28,758 bases of DNA from Myxococcales bacterium (GCA_016706545.1 JADJJK010000031.1:85650-114407), one strand, 5' to 3'; positions 9,283 through 20,786 are shown, numbered from the stretch's first letter. A program made the numbers and translations. Notes: a model not told the origin generated them from the letters alone.

Positions 9283-10420
9283 ACTGCTTCCCTTTCTTCG
9301 ATGCGCTAGATGGCGTGCTTCGGAACCGCGTCAACGATACTCTGAGTGTTTCAGGCGACCATTTCGCTGGCGACGTCTTGCACGGCTCGGGAGGCTCGCT
9401 CGTTCCCGCGTGGATGTATCCGGACGATCGGCTTGTCGTACGACATGGCGATCTCGCTCTCTTCCTGCATCCAGCCAGAGTGCGATGCATACACGCCAGA
9501 GAGCATTATTAACACGATGTGGACTGGCCGAGAGTGGCGGTCCAAGCCCGCGCGTAGCTGCGCGCCGGTCCCACCATGAAGTGGTCGTGTTGAGGGACCG
9601 AGAACTGGGCAGCATGCCGACACCGGAACGTCGCCAATGTGTCCTCGAACGGTGTCGTCCGCGGTGTCGAAGTCACCACTCGCAGTGAGGAACTCTGCCG
9701 AACGCACCTCAGGTAGACTCAGAATGTAGAACACTCCCGTAGACTCACTGGCAATCCCTCCGGGAGGGTTAGGTGCTGGGGGATTAAGCACTGGGAGTGT
9801 TCCGGCGAGCTGGCGATTCCAACAGTATCACGGGGGATGGCGCGTAGGGAGGTTGGGAAATTCGCTCGATCGTGATCACCCAAACCAGTCCATCGCGATC
9901 CACCGATGTGGTCCATCGCGATCAGTGGCCCGACCAGTAGGAGAGGAGAGTACTCGATGGCAGGATGATGTCCCTGGACCGCGGAGGGGAAGCCGCGAAA
10001 AGACGGAAGGAATCGAGCGAGAGACGACTGTTGTCCCGATGTTGGATCCCGAAGTCGTGAGGGCGCTTGGGGAGCCCTTTCCTCGGTGTAGGACAAGCTG
10101 TCACCACCGGCCTCCGAGGGTCCCATTTCCACCGCCATCACCGGTGACCTGGGGCCTACCCGATGGGAGCCATCTCGGTGTGGTCGCGAGACGGGGTCAA
10201 GGGTCGCTCCGACGACGAGCGCAGCGAGCTTGCCCTTGAGGCCGGCGCGCGACCGCACCACTCTCGCCGGTGGGGGTGGGCCCCTGGTCCCGGTGGTTCT
10301 GCTACCCTCGATCGTCGGCGGCGACAACAAGCCGCGGCGTAAGTCTGCGTGATCTCGTCGACCTTCAAATCCATACGGATTTGAGCTGCCGTCTACAGTG
10401 ACGACTAACCGTTAGGGGCG

Positions 10421-11875
10421 CTAGCGCGCGCTCATAGGTAGGATCTTAGGACCGGCCTCCGAGGAGGACCGGCCGGGAGATCCCGGGGGGATCGACAAGC
10501 GACAACGACAGCCTTCACCCTGCGGTTACCACACCCAGCACACGGAGACTGCGTTGTCTACCCCGCACCTTACCAGGATGCGGACGGCGCTCGCACGCGC
10601 GCTGTCCGCCGATGATGTCAACCAGCTCGGCCGTGACACCGGCCAGAGCGAGAGGCTGCGAACGGTCACGCCGCACCGCCTGTTCCTCTCGACCGTCGCC
10701 GCGCTCGCCGGTGGGAAGGTCGAGTCCCTCGCGGACCTCCTCCGCGAGTTCAATCATCAGAACCAGGTCACCGTCGCCTACAAGGCGTTCTACAACCGCC
10801 TCGCTCGACCCGGCTTCGCGAGCTTCATGCAGCAGATGTTCGCGCGGCTCGTCGAGAGGGGGGGGGCTGAGCGTCCGGATGCTCGAGCCCGAGGGGCACG
10901 CCGCCGTTGCTCGATTCAAGGACATCGTGATCCAGGACGGCTCTTCGTTCGCGCTCAAGAAGACGCTGCAGCACGTGTTTTCGGGACGGTTCACGAACCG
11001 CGAGCCAGCCGCGGTCGAGGTCCACGCGACCTACAGCGGATTCTCCGACGAGGTGTCCACGGTCTCGATCGCTTCGGACAGCGAGGCTGAGCGCCAGTTC
11101 CTACCCGCGCCGTCGACGCTGGCTGGGCGCCTGCTTCTTGCAGATCGTGGCTATCCCAGCACGCAGTACTTCGACGCGGTTCGCGCCCACGGTGGGAGCT
11201 TCATCGTGCGGCTCAGCCGAAGCCACGACCCGTGGGTGTCGGCCGCGTGGGTGCAGGGCAAGCAGGTGCTGCTGAGAAAGCCGACGCGGCTGTCGCGGTT
11301 CATCGAGCGGAACTCCAATCGCCGGATGGATCTCGACGTCGAGTACGAGAGAGGAAAGGACGTATTGCGCTTCCGCGTCATTGTTCTGCCCGGCCGGGAA
11401 GCGACGATGACCCGGCTCTGCACGAACCTTCCGCGCACACCGTTCTCCCTCGACCTCGTGTCGCGGCTGTACCGCTTCAGGTGGCAGATCGAGCTGCTCT
11501 TCAAGGAATGGAAATCCTACGCGAACCTCCACAAGTTCAACACCGCCAACGAACACATCGCCGCGGGCCTGATCTGGGCCAGCCTCTGCGCCGCCGTGCT
11601 CAAGCGCTTCTTGGCTCACGCCGCTGAGCTCGTCGGCGGCAGGGCAATGTCTACCCGACGCGTGGCGATGTGCGCCGCCCACATCATCGACGAACTGGCG
11701 GCCGCGCTCCTCGCCTGCATCAGCATCGCGGCCGCGTTCAGCGACGGCCTGGCGTTCCTCCTGGCCAACGCCCGCCGCTCGAACCCTGTCCGCGACCGCA
11801 AGACCGGGCGCCTACGGGCCGGCCTGGTCACCGTCGGGGCCCGTTCCTAAGTGATCGCCTATGAGCGCGCGCTAG
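10421..11875 (+). mobile_element. IS4-family insertion sequence (about 1.45 kb) with ~30-bp imperfect terminal inverted repeats
   Basis: Left end CTAGCGCGCGCTCATAGG...CTTAGG (10421-10450). Right end CCTAAG...CCTATGAGCGCGCGCTAG (11846-11875); the 18-bp core is a perfect reverse complement. Encodes a DDE transposase. No clear target-site duplication is visible. Confidence 0.85.
10554..11850 (+). pseudogene. IS4-family DDE transposase split by a +1 frame change in a G9 homopolymer (10858-10866)
   Basis: N-terminal part in frame 0 (10554..~10866). The remainder is in frame +1 (..11850) with LLLADRGYPSTQYF...SFIVRLSRS and RWQIELLFKEWKSYANL (YREK region). Removing one G joins the two into a ~430-aa transposase. 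Confidence 0.8.
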
Positions 11876-12044
11876 CGGCCGCGGCTGCCAGGCCCATTCG
11901 TCGGAGCTGCGCGTCCGTGTGCTGGCCACCGGACTGGCCACGTATCCCGACGTGACCGTGGTCTGCCAGCGCGCAGAGTAGGCGCGCGGTCGCGACAGGC
12001 GGTCGCAACGCTGAGAGTCACCGGGACAGTGATAGCGTGACGCC

Positions 12045-12977
12045 GTGAACGAGGCTGCGTCAAAGCTGGTGTGCGCGGTGTGCGGGCAGCTCGCGCAAGG
12101 CGCGCCGGAGCGCGCGCGGGTGGTGAGCAACGTGCGGCGCCTGGGGGCCGAGGAGTTCGAGGTGTGGCGTTGCTCGGCGTGCCGCTCGATCCACGCGGCG
12201 GGCGCGGTCAGCGACGCGGAGCTGGCGGCGTACTATCAGGACTACCCGTTCGCGCGCGGCAAGCGCTCGCGGGTGACGAGGTACCTGCACGGGCGGCTGT
12301 GGCGTCGCGTGGCGCGCGTGGGGATCTCCGGCCACGCCAAGGTGCTGGACTACGGCTGCGGCGCCGGGCTGCTGGTGGCGGATCTCTGCGAGCGCGGCCT
12401 TGATGCCGCTGGCTACGACGCCTATACGCCGGCCTTCCAGCGTCCAGCGCTCCTGCAGCAGCGCTACGACGTGGTGCTGGCGCAGGACGTGCTGGAGCAC
12501 GTGGAGGATCCGCTGGCGCTGCTCGAGAGGCTCGGCGCGCTGTGTCGGCCAGGTGGGGTGCTGGCGATCGGTACGCCAGACGCCAGCGCCATCGACCTGG
12601 CGCGCCCGTCGCGCTGGAAGCACTCGCTGCATCAGCCGTTTCACCGGCACCTGCTGGCGAGCCCTGCGCTCTTGGCCGCGGGCGCGGCGCGCGGCTGGCA
12701 GCTCCTCCGCTACTACCCGCGTTCGTACGCCAACACGCCGGTGCCCACACTGAACTTGCCGTACCTGCTGCGCTACCTGCGCGCGGTGGACGACACCATC
12801 GACGTCGCGTTCGACCCGCCCGCGGTGCGGCTCGCGATGTTCTCGCCAGCGGCGCTGTGGGACGCGCTGTTTGGCGCGCTGCGCTGTCCGGCGAGCGATG
12901 GGCTGGCGGTCTTTCGCGTGCCGGAGGCAGCTTTGCCGAAGCCGCCAGCACCGCCACCGGTCAGTGCAGGCGGGTGA
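12045..12977 (+). CDS. Class I SAM-dependent methyltransferase with N-terminal Cys4 zinc-ribbon
   Basis: CxxC...CxxC pairs at the N-terminus. Motif I VLDYGCGAG. Acidic motif II DVVLAQDVLEHV. GTG start. Confidence 0.8.
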   Translation: MNEAASKLVCAVCGQLAQGAPERARVVSNVRRLGAEEFEVWRCSACRSIHAAGAVSDAELAAYYQDYPFARGKRSRVTRYLHGRLWRRVARVGISGHAKVLDYGCGAGLLVADLCERGLDAAGYDAYTPAFQRPALLQQRYDVVLAQDVLEHVEDPLALLERLGALCRPGGVLAIGTPDASAIDLARPSRWKHSLHQPFHRHLLASPALLAAGAARGWQLLRYYPRSYANTPVPTLNLPYLLRYLRAVDDTIDVAFDPPAVRLAMFSPAALWDALFGALRCPASDGLAVFRVPEAALPKPPAPPPVSAGG

Positions 12978-13641
12978 TGGTGCCCTTGGAGATCGCGCCG
13001 CCTTCTCCGTAGCTCTCGCCTCCGCTGGTGATCGCCGCGATGGTCCCACCTTCGAAGCAGGTGGTGCTGGTGCCAGCGACGCTGGCCTCGACATCCACCG
13101 AGACGGTACACCAGCGATCGTCGCGACGGGTCTGGTACGCATACGAGGCCGGGGCAGACTTGAGCGGAGGCTCGTGGCCCACGCGGGGGTGGGACGGCAT
13201 GATCGCCGGTCCGCGGGTGAGCTTGCGGATCGCGGCCAAGGTCAAGATGGGCTCGTGGGAATGCCAGAGCCCGCGCGCGGTGGCGACCCAGTCGCCCTGC
13301 AGCTCGTGCAGCGCGCGGAGCGTGCTGCTGGCGCCGGGCGGGAGCTCGCAGGTGATAGACGCAACAGTGGCGGCACCGAGCCGGCGCACTTGCTCGACCC
13401 GGCAGTTCGCCGTGCCGTGCTCCTGCACGTCCGGGCTCGGCTTGTCGTGGACGCCCCAGGTGAGCTCTCGCTCGATCTCGTACCTCCAGGTGGCAGCGGC
13501 CTCTAGCATGCCGGCGTAGGGCGGGGAGTCGGGCGCCGCGCTCGCGGGCGCGGCTGCCCACGTGGCGCAGGCGGCGATCAGCGCCAGGGCCGTCAGGCGC
13601 GGAGCGGCAGGGTGGGGCGCGGTCGATGTGGTGGGCGTCAC
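12961..13641 (-). CDS. Hypothetical secreted protein (signal peptide); proposed GTG start at 13641, the track ORF extends to 13758
   Basis: N-region and hydrophobic core ...PRLTALALIAACATWAAAPASA followed by a non-repetitive mature region (RYEIERELTWGVHDKPSPDVQEHG...). The upstream extension runs into AT-richer intergenic sequence. Confidence 0.5.
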   Translation of the reverse strand: MTPTTSTAPHPAAPRLTALALIAACATWAAAPASAAPDSPPYAGMLEAAATWRYEIERELTWGVHDKPSPDVQEHGTANCRVEQVRRLGAATVASITCELPPGASSTLRALHELQGDWVATARGLWHSHEPILTLAAIRKLTRGPAIMPSHPRVGHEPPLKSAPASYAYQTRRDDRWCTVSVDVEASVAGTSTTCFEGGTIAAITSGGESYGEGGAISKGTITRLH

Positions 13642-13744
13642 GTGGTGAGTCCTTCGTGGTTCACGTTCGTTCCAAGGCCCAACGCGGAGGACTGGGCTAA
13701 GATCTTGCCTGCCACCGGCAACCCCACAACTGGACACGAGGCAG

Positions 13745-15025
13745 ATGATCAAGATCACGCTTCAGAGGTCGTTTGTCGCAGGCCGCGCGAGCCGCGCGCT
13801 GCAGGCGATGATCGTGATGGCCGCGACGGCCGCGACGGCCGCGAGTGGCTGCGGCCCCAGGGTGTCGCCTGCGCAGGTGCCAGCCGAGCCGCCGCCGCAG
13901 GTCGCGCCGGACTCACCGGCGCCGCCGGCGGCCAGCGCGCGCGCGTCCGCGAAGGTGCCCACCTCGCCGCGGGGCGTTGACGCGGCCGACCGTGAGCCCG
14001 CAGGGCCCGAGGAAGGAGGCGTCGCGGGACCGGACGCGACCGAGGCGCCCGCTGCGCAGGGCGAGCCAGCGAGCGCAAGGGCACCGGCGCTGGTGGCGCT
14101 GGCGGCGGCGCTCACCGAGGCGAAGGTCAGTGTGCTGGAGATGTCGCCGCTAGAGCACGAGTGCGCCAACCTGCCAGCGCGGGCGACCCTGATCTCGATG
14201 AACCTGCCCGGATCGGCGCAGGACTGCGCGGTCGGGCAGGGCAGGAGCGTGTGTGTGCCCGCTGTCCGCAGGCCGGACAAGCTGCGCCAGACGCTGTGCG
14301 GGGCCGGCATGTCGGCGAAGCCAGCGGGCTGGCCGCCGGCGCTCGAGCGGGCGCTGGATCCGCTGGTCCGCATGGGTTGGCGGGTTCGCCCGATGGACGG
14401 GCGCGGAGCGCCGCCCGCGCTGGCTGCGTATGATCCCATGGGCGCGGTGAGCCTGCTGGTGAGCGACGGCGTCTCCTGGCAGGTGATGAGCGAAGCGCTG
14501 CCCTCGACGGAGGAGCAGGGCCCGCACGCTGGGCCACGGGCGGTGATGCGCGCTGCCGGGCTGGGCCACGGCGCGAAGTACGCGGTGGTGATCGACGAGT
14601 ACGAGGGCGGCAGCGAGAGCGGGTGGCAGACCACCTGGCTGTTCATCTTGTGCGGCGAGGGGCTGGAGTTGACCGTGTGTACGCGCAAGGCCATTGGCGC
14701 GCTGGTGTGGAGCCTTGGGCCCGGCGAGCGAGCGGCGTACCGGCGCGGCGGCGCGAGCCTGACCCGGCGTCCGCACCTGGCGGTGTCGTTGGCGCCGAGC
14801 CTGGCCGCGAACGCGACGACCTTGCGGCTCAAGCTGACCCGGCGGACCTTGCCGGCGAAGCTGCGCGATCGCTTCCAGCTCACCCCACCGGAGTGTGAGC
14901 CCTCCGGCGATCCGCTGGAGCCCGGGAGCTGCGATCCGTGGTCGGCCATGGACGCGCTGCGCGCCGACGCCGGGGATTGGCGCTTCGACGGGCAGGCCCT
15001 CGTGCGCGCTGGCAGCGAGCGGTGA
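13745..15025 (+). CDS. Hypothetical lipoprotein (Pro/Ala-rich linker plus Cys-containing globular C-terminal domain)
   Basis: Signal peptide with lipobox (MAATAATAASGC). GAGG Shine-Dalgarno 3 nt before the ATG. The competing 433-aa minus-strand ORF is Ala/Ser/Arg low-complexity and looks like an artefact. Confidence 0.55.
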   Translation: MIKITLQRSFVAGRASRALQAMIVMAATAATAASGCGPRVSPAQVPAEPPPQVAPDSPAPPAASARASAKVPTSPRGVDAADREPAGPEEGGVAGPDATEAPAAQGEPASARAPALVALAAALTEAKVSVLEMSPLEHECANLPARATLISMNLPGSAQDCAVGQGRSVCVPAVRRPDKLRQTLCGAGMSAKPAGWPPALERALDPLVRMGWRVRPMDGRGAPPALAAYDPMGAVSLLVSDGVSWQVMSEALPSTEEQGPHAGPRAVMRAAGLGHGAKYAVVIDEYEGGSESGWQTTWLFILCGEGLELTVCTRKAIGALVWSLGPGERAAYRRGGASLTRRPHLAVSLAPSLAANATTLRLKLTRRTLPAKLRDRFQLTPPECEPSGDPLEPGSCDPWSAMDALRADAGDWRFDGQALVRAGSER

Positions 15026-15079
15026 CGGCGCTGCGGTGACGGCGCTGCGCGGACGGCGGGCACGTCGCCGGACTGCGCC

Positions 15080-15123
15080 CAGTTGCCGGTCAGTTGCCGG
15101 TCAGTTGCCGGTCAGTTGCCGGT
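15080..15123. repeat. 11-bp tandem repeat (cagttgccggt)x4 spanning the stop codon of the sugar dehydrogenase gene
   Basis: Four perfect head-to-tail copies read directly. The unit length is not a multiple of 3. Confidence 0.9.
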
Positions 15124-16605
15124 CTGCGCCGGCTGGCGCTCGAGCTTCCACACCGTGCCGGTGAGGCTGACCAGGTACAGCTCGCCGTCGCTGTCGGTGC
15201 CAAAAGAGGAGATCTGTGAGAGCACGGCGCGGCGATCTAGCGCCGCACGCCAGTCCCAGTGGTCGCGGGCCCAGCCGGTGCGTTGGCCGCTGCCGGCGGC
15301 GGTGTCGCCTGGATCGCGCGTGAAGCGAAAGCTGCGCAAGAGGCTCGTGCAGTAGTCGGCGTAGAAGTAGGCGCCGGCCAGCTCGGGCAGGGCCTTGCCG
15401 CGATACACGACGCCGCCGGTGATCGAGCAACCCTCGTCGTGGGAGTACTCGGCGATCGGCGGCGTCAGGCCGCGTCGGTCGCAGGTGCGCGCGTTGTAGC
15501 AGTGGTTGCCCTCGGCGATGTTCCAGCCGAAGTTGTGGCTACGCGGGTCGCCGCCACCGACGACGTGAACGGACTCCCAGCGGCTCTGGCCGACGTCTCC
15601 GATGAACAGGTCGCCGGTCTGGCTATCAAAGGCGAAGCGCCACGGGTTGCGCAGGCCCCAGTGGACCAGCTCCGCGGCGGGCCGCCCTTTGCCGCCTGCG
15701 CCGCCTGCGCTGCCTGCGCCGACGCCGCCTTTGCCGCCTGCGCCGACGCTGCCTGCGCTACCTGCGCCGACGCTGCCTGCGCCGACGCCGTCGACGTCGA
15801 GGCGCAGGAGCTTGCCGAGGAAGGTCCTGCGGCTCTGGCCCGAGCCCTTGGGATCTCCCGCCGAGCCGCCATCGCCGAGCCCGGTGTACAGCTTGCCGTC
15901 GGGGCCAAAGGCGAGGTGGCCGCCGTTGTGGTTGGCGTAGGGCTGGTCCACCGCGAGCAGCTCGCGCGCGCTGGCTGGCTCCACCTGCGTGCGCGCGGAG
16001 TTGGCGCGATACTCGACGATGCGCGTGTCGCCAGCGCGGTCGGTGTAGTGGACATAGAGCTTGCGGTTGTCCGCGTAGCGCGGGTGAAACGCCAGGCCCA
16101 GGAGGCCCTGCTCGTTGCTGGTCGACACCTTGCCGATCAGATCGAGGAAGCGCTCCTTGCGCACGACGCCGCCTTCGAACACGCGGATGGCGCCGGCTTG
16201 CTCCACCACATACAGGCGCCCCGGCTCGCCGGGCGCCGCGGTGACCAGCACGGGCCGGCGCAGGCCGGACATCACCTTGGTCAGCCGCAACGTGGCTGCC
16301 AGCGCGGCGGGCACCGGCGCCAGCGCGTCGCTGCCAGGCGGGGGCCGCGTTGCCGCCGCCGCCCTCGCAGCAGCGCCCGGAGCCGGGGCCGGAGCCGGAG
16401 CCGGCGGCGTGGCCGGAGCCGTCGCCTTGGCCGGCGCGGCGCGCGCCGCGGCGGTGGCGGTCATCGGCGCCGGCTCGGAGGTAGGCGGCACATCGAGCGG
16501 TTGCGCTGAGACGGTGCTCCTCTCCGAGGAGCACGCGAGGCAGAGCCAAAGCAGAGCAGGAAGTCTGGCACGCACAGCCTCACCATGTCGCCACCTGGCC
16601 GGCAA
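15112..16605 (-). CDS. PQQ-dependent soluble glucose/sorbosone dehydrogenase-family beta-propeller lipoprotein (YliI/GSDH-like) with an inserted Gly/Ala/Ser repeat
   Basis: LGLAFHP, NHNGGHLAFGPDGKLY, GKLLRLD, GLRNPWRFAFD, GDLFIGDVGQSRWE, HNFGWNIAEG. Signal peptide with LAC lipobox. Internal (GAGSVGAGSA)n insertion encoded by nucleotide tandem repeats at about 15690-15790. Confidence 0.85.
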   Translation of the reverse strand: MPARWRHGEAVRARLPALLWLCLACSSERSTVSAQPLDVPPTSEPAPMTATAAARAAPAKATAPATPPAPAPAPAPGAAARAAAATRPPPGSDALAPVPAALAATLRLTKVMSGLRRPVLVTAAPGEPGRLYVVEQAGAIRVFEGGVVRKERFLDLIGKVSTSNEQGLLGLAFHPRYADNRKLYVHYTDRAGDTRIVEYRANSARTQVEPASARELLAVDQPYANHNGGHLAFGPDGKLYTGLGDGGSAGDPKGSGQSRRTFLGKLLRLDVDGVGAGSVGAGSAGSVGAGGKGGVGAGSAGGAGGKGRPAAELVHWGLRNPWRFAFDSQTGDLFIGDVGQSRWESVHVVGGGDPRSHNFGWNIAEGNHCYNARTCDRRGLTPPIAEYSHDEGCSITGGVVYRGKALPELAGAYFYADYCTSLLRSFRFTRDPGDTAAGSGQRTGWARDHWDWRAALDRRAVLSQISSFGTDSDGELYLVSLTGTVWKLERQPAQTGN

Positions 16606-16688
16606 GGCAATGTCGAGGTGGCCTCGTCGGGGCGCGGGCAGCCCGCGGGCAGGCGTCGGGCAGGCCGCGGGTAGGCCGCGGGCAGCCT

Positions 16689-17710
16689 TCAGGTCATGGC
16701 GGCGATGACGGCCTTGGTGAAGTCCGCGGTGCCCAGCTTGCCGCCCAGATCTCCGGTGCGGGTCTCGGCGTTGGCCAGCGCCGCGTGCAAGCCGCGCCGC
16801 AGCCGGCTGGCCGCGGCGCCCTGCTCGACGTGATCGAGCAGCATGGCGGCGGTCAGCATCATCGCCGTCGGGTTGGCGACGCCGCGGCCGGCGATGTCCG
16901 GCGCGGTGCCATGCACCGCCTCGAAGATCGCGCAGCCGCCGTCGCCGATGTTGGCGCCCGGCGCCACGCCCAGGCCGCCCACCAGCCCGGCGATGAGGTC
17001 CGAGAGGATGTCGCCAAACAGGTTCATGGTGACGATCATGTCGAAGCGCTCGGGGGCGATCACCAGCTTCATCGCGGTGGCGTCGACGATCATGTCGTCG
17101 AAGGCGATGTCCGGATAGCGCTTCGCCACCTCGCGGCCGGTGTCCAGAAACAGGCCGTTGGACAGCTTGAGGATGTTGGCCTTGTGGACCAGCGTCACGC
17201 GCTTGCGCCCGTGGCGGCGCGCGTACTGGAAGGCATATTCGATGATGCGCTCCGAGCCGTAGCGCGTGATGATGGCGATGGACTCCGCCGCCGAGCGCCG
17301 CGGATCGACGTAGTGCTCGATGCCCGCGTAGAGATCTTCGGTGTTCTCGCGGATCATCACGATGTCGACGCCGGTGTAGCGCGACGGCACGCCGGGGATG
17401 GTGACCGCCGGCCGCACGTTGGCGTACAGGTCGAACTGCTGGCGCAGCGCCACGTTGACGGAGCGGAAGCCGGCGCCGATGGGGGTGCCAAGCGGGCCCT
17501 TGAGCGCCACCTTGTGCCGCTTGATCGACTCCACCGTGGCGGCGGGCAGCGGATCGCCGTGGCGCTCGGCCGCGGCCATGCCGGCGGTCGCTGGGTGCCA
17601 GTCGATGGCGCCGCCGGCGGCGGCGACGGCCTCCAGGGTGGCGGCGGTGATCTCCGGGCCGATGCCGTCGCCCTCGATCAGCGTGACCTGCGGGCGCTTC
17701 ATGGATTCAC

Positions 17711-17714
<4 letters not shown>
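16689..17714 (-). CDS. Isocitrate/isopropylmalate dehydrogenase family protein (likely NAD-dependent isocitrate dehydrogenase); probable ATG start at 17702
   Basis: VTLIEGDGIGPEI, NVALRQQFDLYANVRP, VHGTAPDIAGRGVANP. 4-bp overlap with the upstream regulator gene. Confidence 0.9.
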
Positions 17715-19312
<1,598 letters not shown>

Positions 19313-19332
19313 CGGGATGGAACGGCCATTGC

Positions 19333-19911
19333 GTGGTGGTGGCGGGCATGGACAAAGACCTCGACCCGCAGACGATCACCGCCGCGACTCGGCAGTACGT
19401 GCGCGCCATCGCGCTGCGCATCGTCAAAGATCCGGCTGACGCGGAGGACGTCGCGCAGGACGCGCTGATCCTGGCGTTTCGCTATCGCGACTCGTTCCGA
19501 GGCGACTGTCGGTACTGCACCTGGCTGCATCGTGTCACCCAGACCGCGGCGCTGATGTTCCTGCGCAAGCGGCGCCGGTACCGACGCGAGCTTGGCGAGG
19601 CGGCCCAGGACGGCCAGGACGGCGGCGCCGAGCCCGCGCGCGACGACGGCGCCTCGCTCCTGGCGCGGGCCTCCACGCCTGCGACGGCGGACAAGGTGCT
19701 GGCGTGCCGCGAGGAGCTGGCGCGGACGCGGCAGGTGGTCGCTCGCCTGGGGCGGCGGTACCCCGAGGTGTTCTGGATGCGCTATGGCGAGGGCTACACC
19801 GAGACGGAGATCGCGCGCGCGCTGGGGCTCTCGCTGGCGACGGTGAAGACGCGAGCGCACCGCGCCAAGCTGGCGGCCCAGGCGGCCTGCCCGGAGCGCG
19901 CGGCGGCGTAG
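19333..19911 (+). CDS. ECF-type RNA polymerase sigma-70 family factor
   Basis: Region 2 (DAEDVAQDALILAFRY...FRGD...TWLHRVT) and region 4 HTH (YTETEIARALGLSLATVKTRAHRA). Divergent from the NtrC-like gene. Confidence 0.85.
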   Translation: MVVAGMDKDLDPQTITAATRQYVRAIALRIVKDPADAEDVAQDALILAFRYRDSFRGDCRYCTWLHRVTQTAALMFLRKRRRYRRELGEAAQDGQDGGAEPARDDGASLLARASTPATADKVLACREELARTRQVVARLGRRYPEVFWMRYGEGYTETEIARALGLSLATVKTRAHRAKLAAQAACPERAAA

Positions 19912-19955
19912 CTGCGGTCAGCGGTAGCGGGCTCTCGGAATCGGGGTCGTCGGCG

Positions 19956-20513
19956 CTATTCGCACTCCCAGTCGGCGTCGGTGCCGCGCGGTGGAGTGCC
20001 GCGGGGCGGCGTCCCGGCGGCCGCTCCGGTGGCCGGCGGCGTCCCGGCGGCCGCTCCGGCGGCCGCTCCGGTGGCCGCTCCGGTGGCCGGCGGCGGCGCC
20101 CCGTCCGTCTCGTCGCGCGGGGGTTGGCCTAGCCAGTTCGCCTCCTTGAGCTTGAGCGTGACGGTGGCGCGGGTCGGTTCGCCCCACGGCGAGAACCTCG
20201 TGTACTTGGTGGCCAGCGACTCGATCACGCAGCGAAACGTCTGATCGAAGACGTTGCCGAACACCAGCACGCAGTGGTGCGGGCGGCTCAGCTTCTCATC
20301 GCGGGATCCGAGCTGCCTCACGCTGCCGAGCTTCGCAAGGTTGCGCACGTCGCGCGCGACGCTGCCGCGTTGGTCCTCGCTGGCGTCGAGGAACAGCTCG
20401 ATCGACGCGCCCCGGTTCACCGCGCCGGAGAACTCGAGCCACACGCCGTTGCGGGTGTGCTGCGGCGCCCAAGGGGTCGCCTGATCGAGGGAGAGCTCGG
20501 CGGGGCGAAACAT
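19956..20513 (-). CDS. Hypothetical protein with Ala/Gly/Thr/Pro-rich C-terminal tail (start at Met 20513 preferred; the track ORF extends to 20768)
   Basis: Globular N-terminal part (NGVWLEFSGAVNRGASIELF...FRCVIESLATKYTRFSPWGEPTRATVTLKLKE) followed by (ATGAA/GTPPR)n encoded by 12-30-bp nucleotide repeats. The upstream 85 codons are Arg/Pro-rich and unlikely to be coding. Confidence 0.45.
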   Translation of the reverse strand: MFRPAELSLDQATPWAPQHTRNGVWLEFSGAVNRGASIELFLDASEDQRGSVARDVRNLAKLGSVRQLGSRDEKLSRPHHCVLVFGNVFDQTFRCVIESLATKYTRFSPWGEPTRATVTLKLKEANWLGQPPRDETDGAPPPATGAATGAAAGAAAGTPPATGAAAGTPPRGTPPRGTDADWECE

Positions 20514-20786
20514 CGCCTGCACGGTGAGCGAGGGCTCGTCGAGGCTGCCGATGGAGACCTCGAAGGAGGACGATCCACCGATGGAGTACAGGGCGACCTC
20601 CTCGCGGGGCGCGGGGGAGGACCGGCCAGGGTTGGAGTAGTAGTTCGTTGGACGACGGCGAGGGGGCTGCACGTCGGTGTGGCGCCTGCGGCGGGCGCCC
20701 TGCGACAAAATCTTTTTGTCTCGTGACCTGCAGGATCCGAGGCGGCCTGGCGGGGTGCTTTTCACCACCTGCTAGAGTGCGCCGCC

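Noticed and set aside
12060-13142. 360-aa minus-strand ORF and 12208-12957 minus ORF opposite the methyltransferase
   Set aside because: Extremely Arg-rich, with no motifs. The plus-strand ORF has clear SAM-MTase motifs.
13762-15063. 433-aa minus-strand ORF opposite the lipoprotein gene
   Set aside because: Ala/Ser/Arg/Pro low-complexity translation typical of the antisense frame of a GC-rich gene. The plus-strand ORF has a lipobox signal peptide and an SD.
15259-16509. 416-aa plus-strand ORF and 15758-16549 minus ORF overlapping the sugar dehydrogenase
   Set aside because: Ala/Arg/Gly-rich shadow ORFs. The minus-strand frame with GSDH motifs is the real gene.
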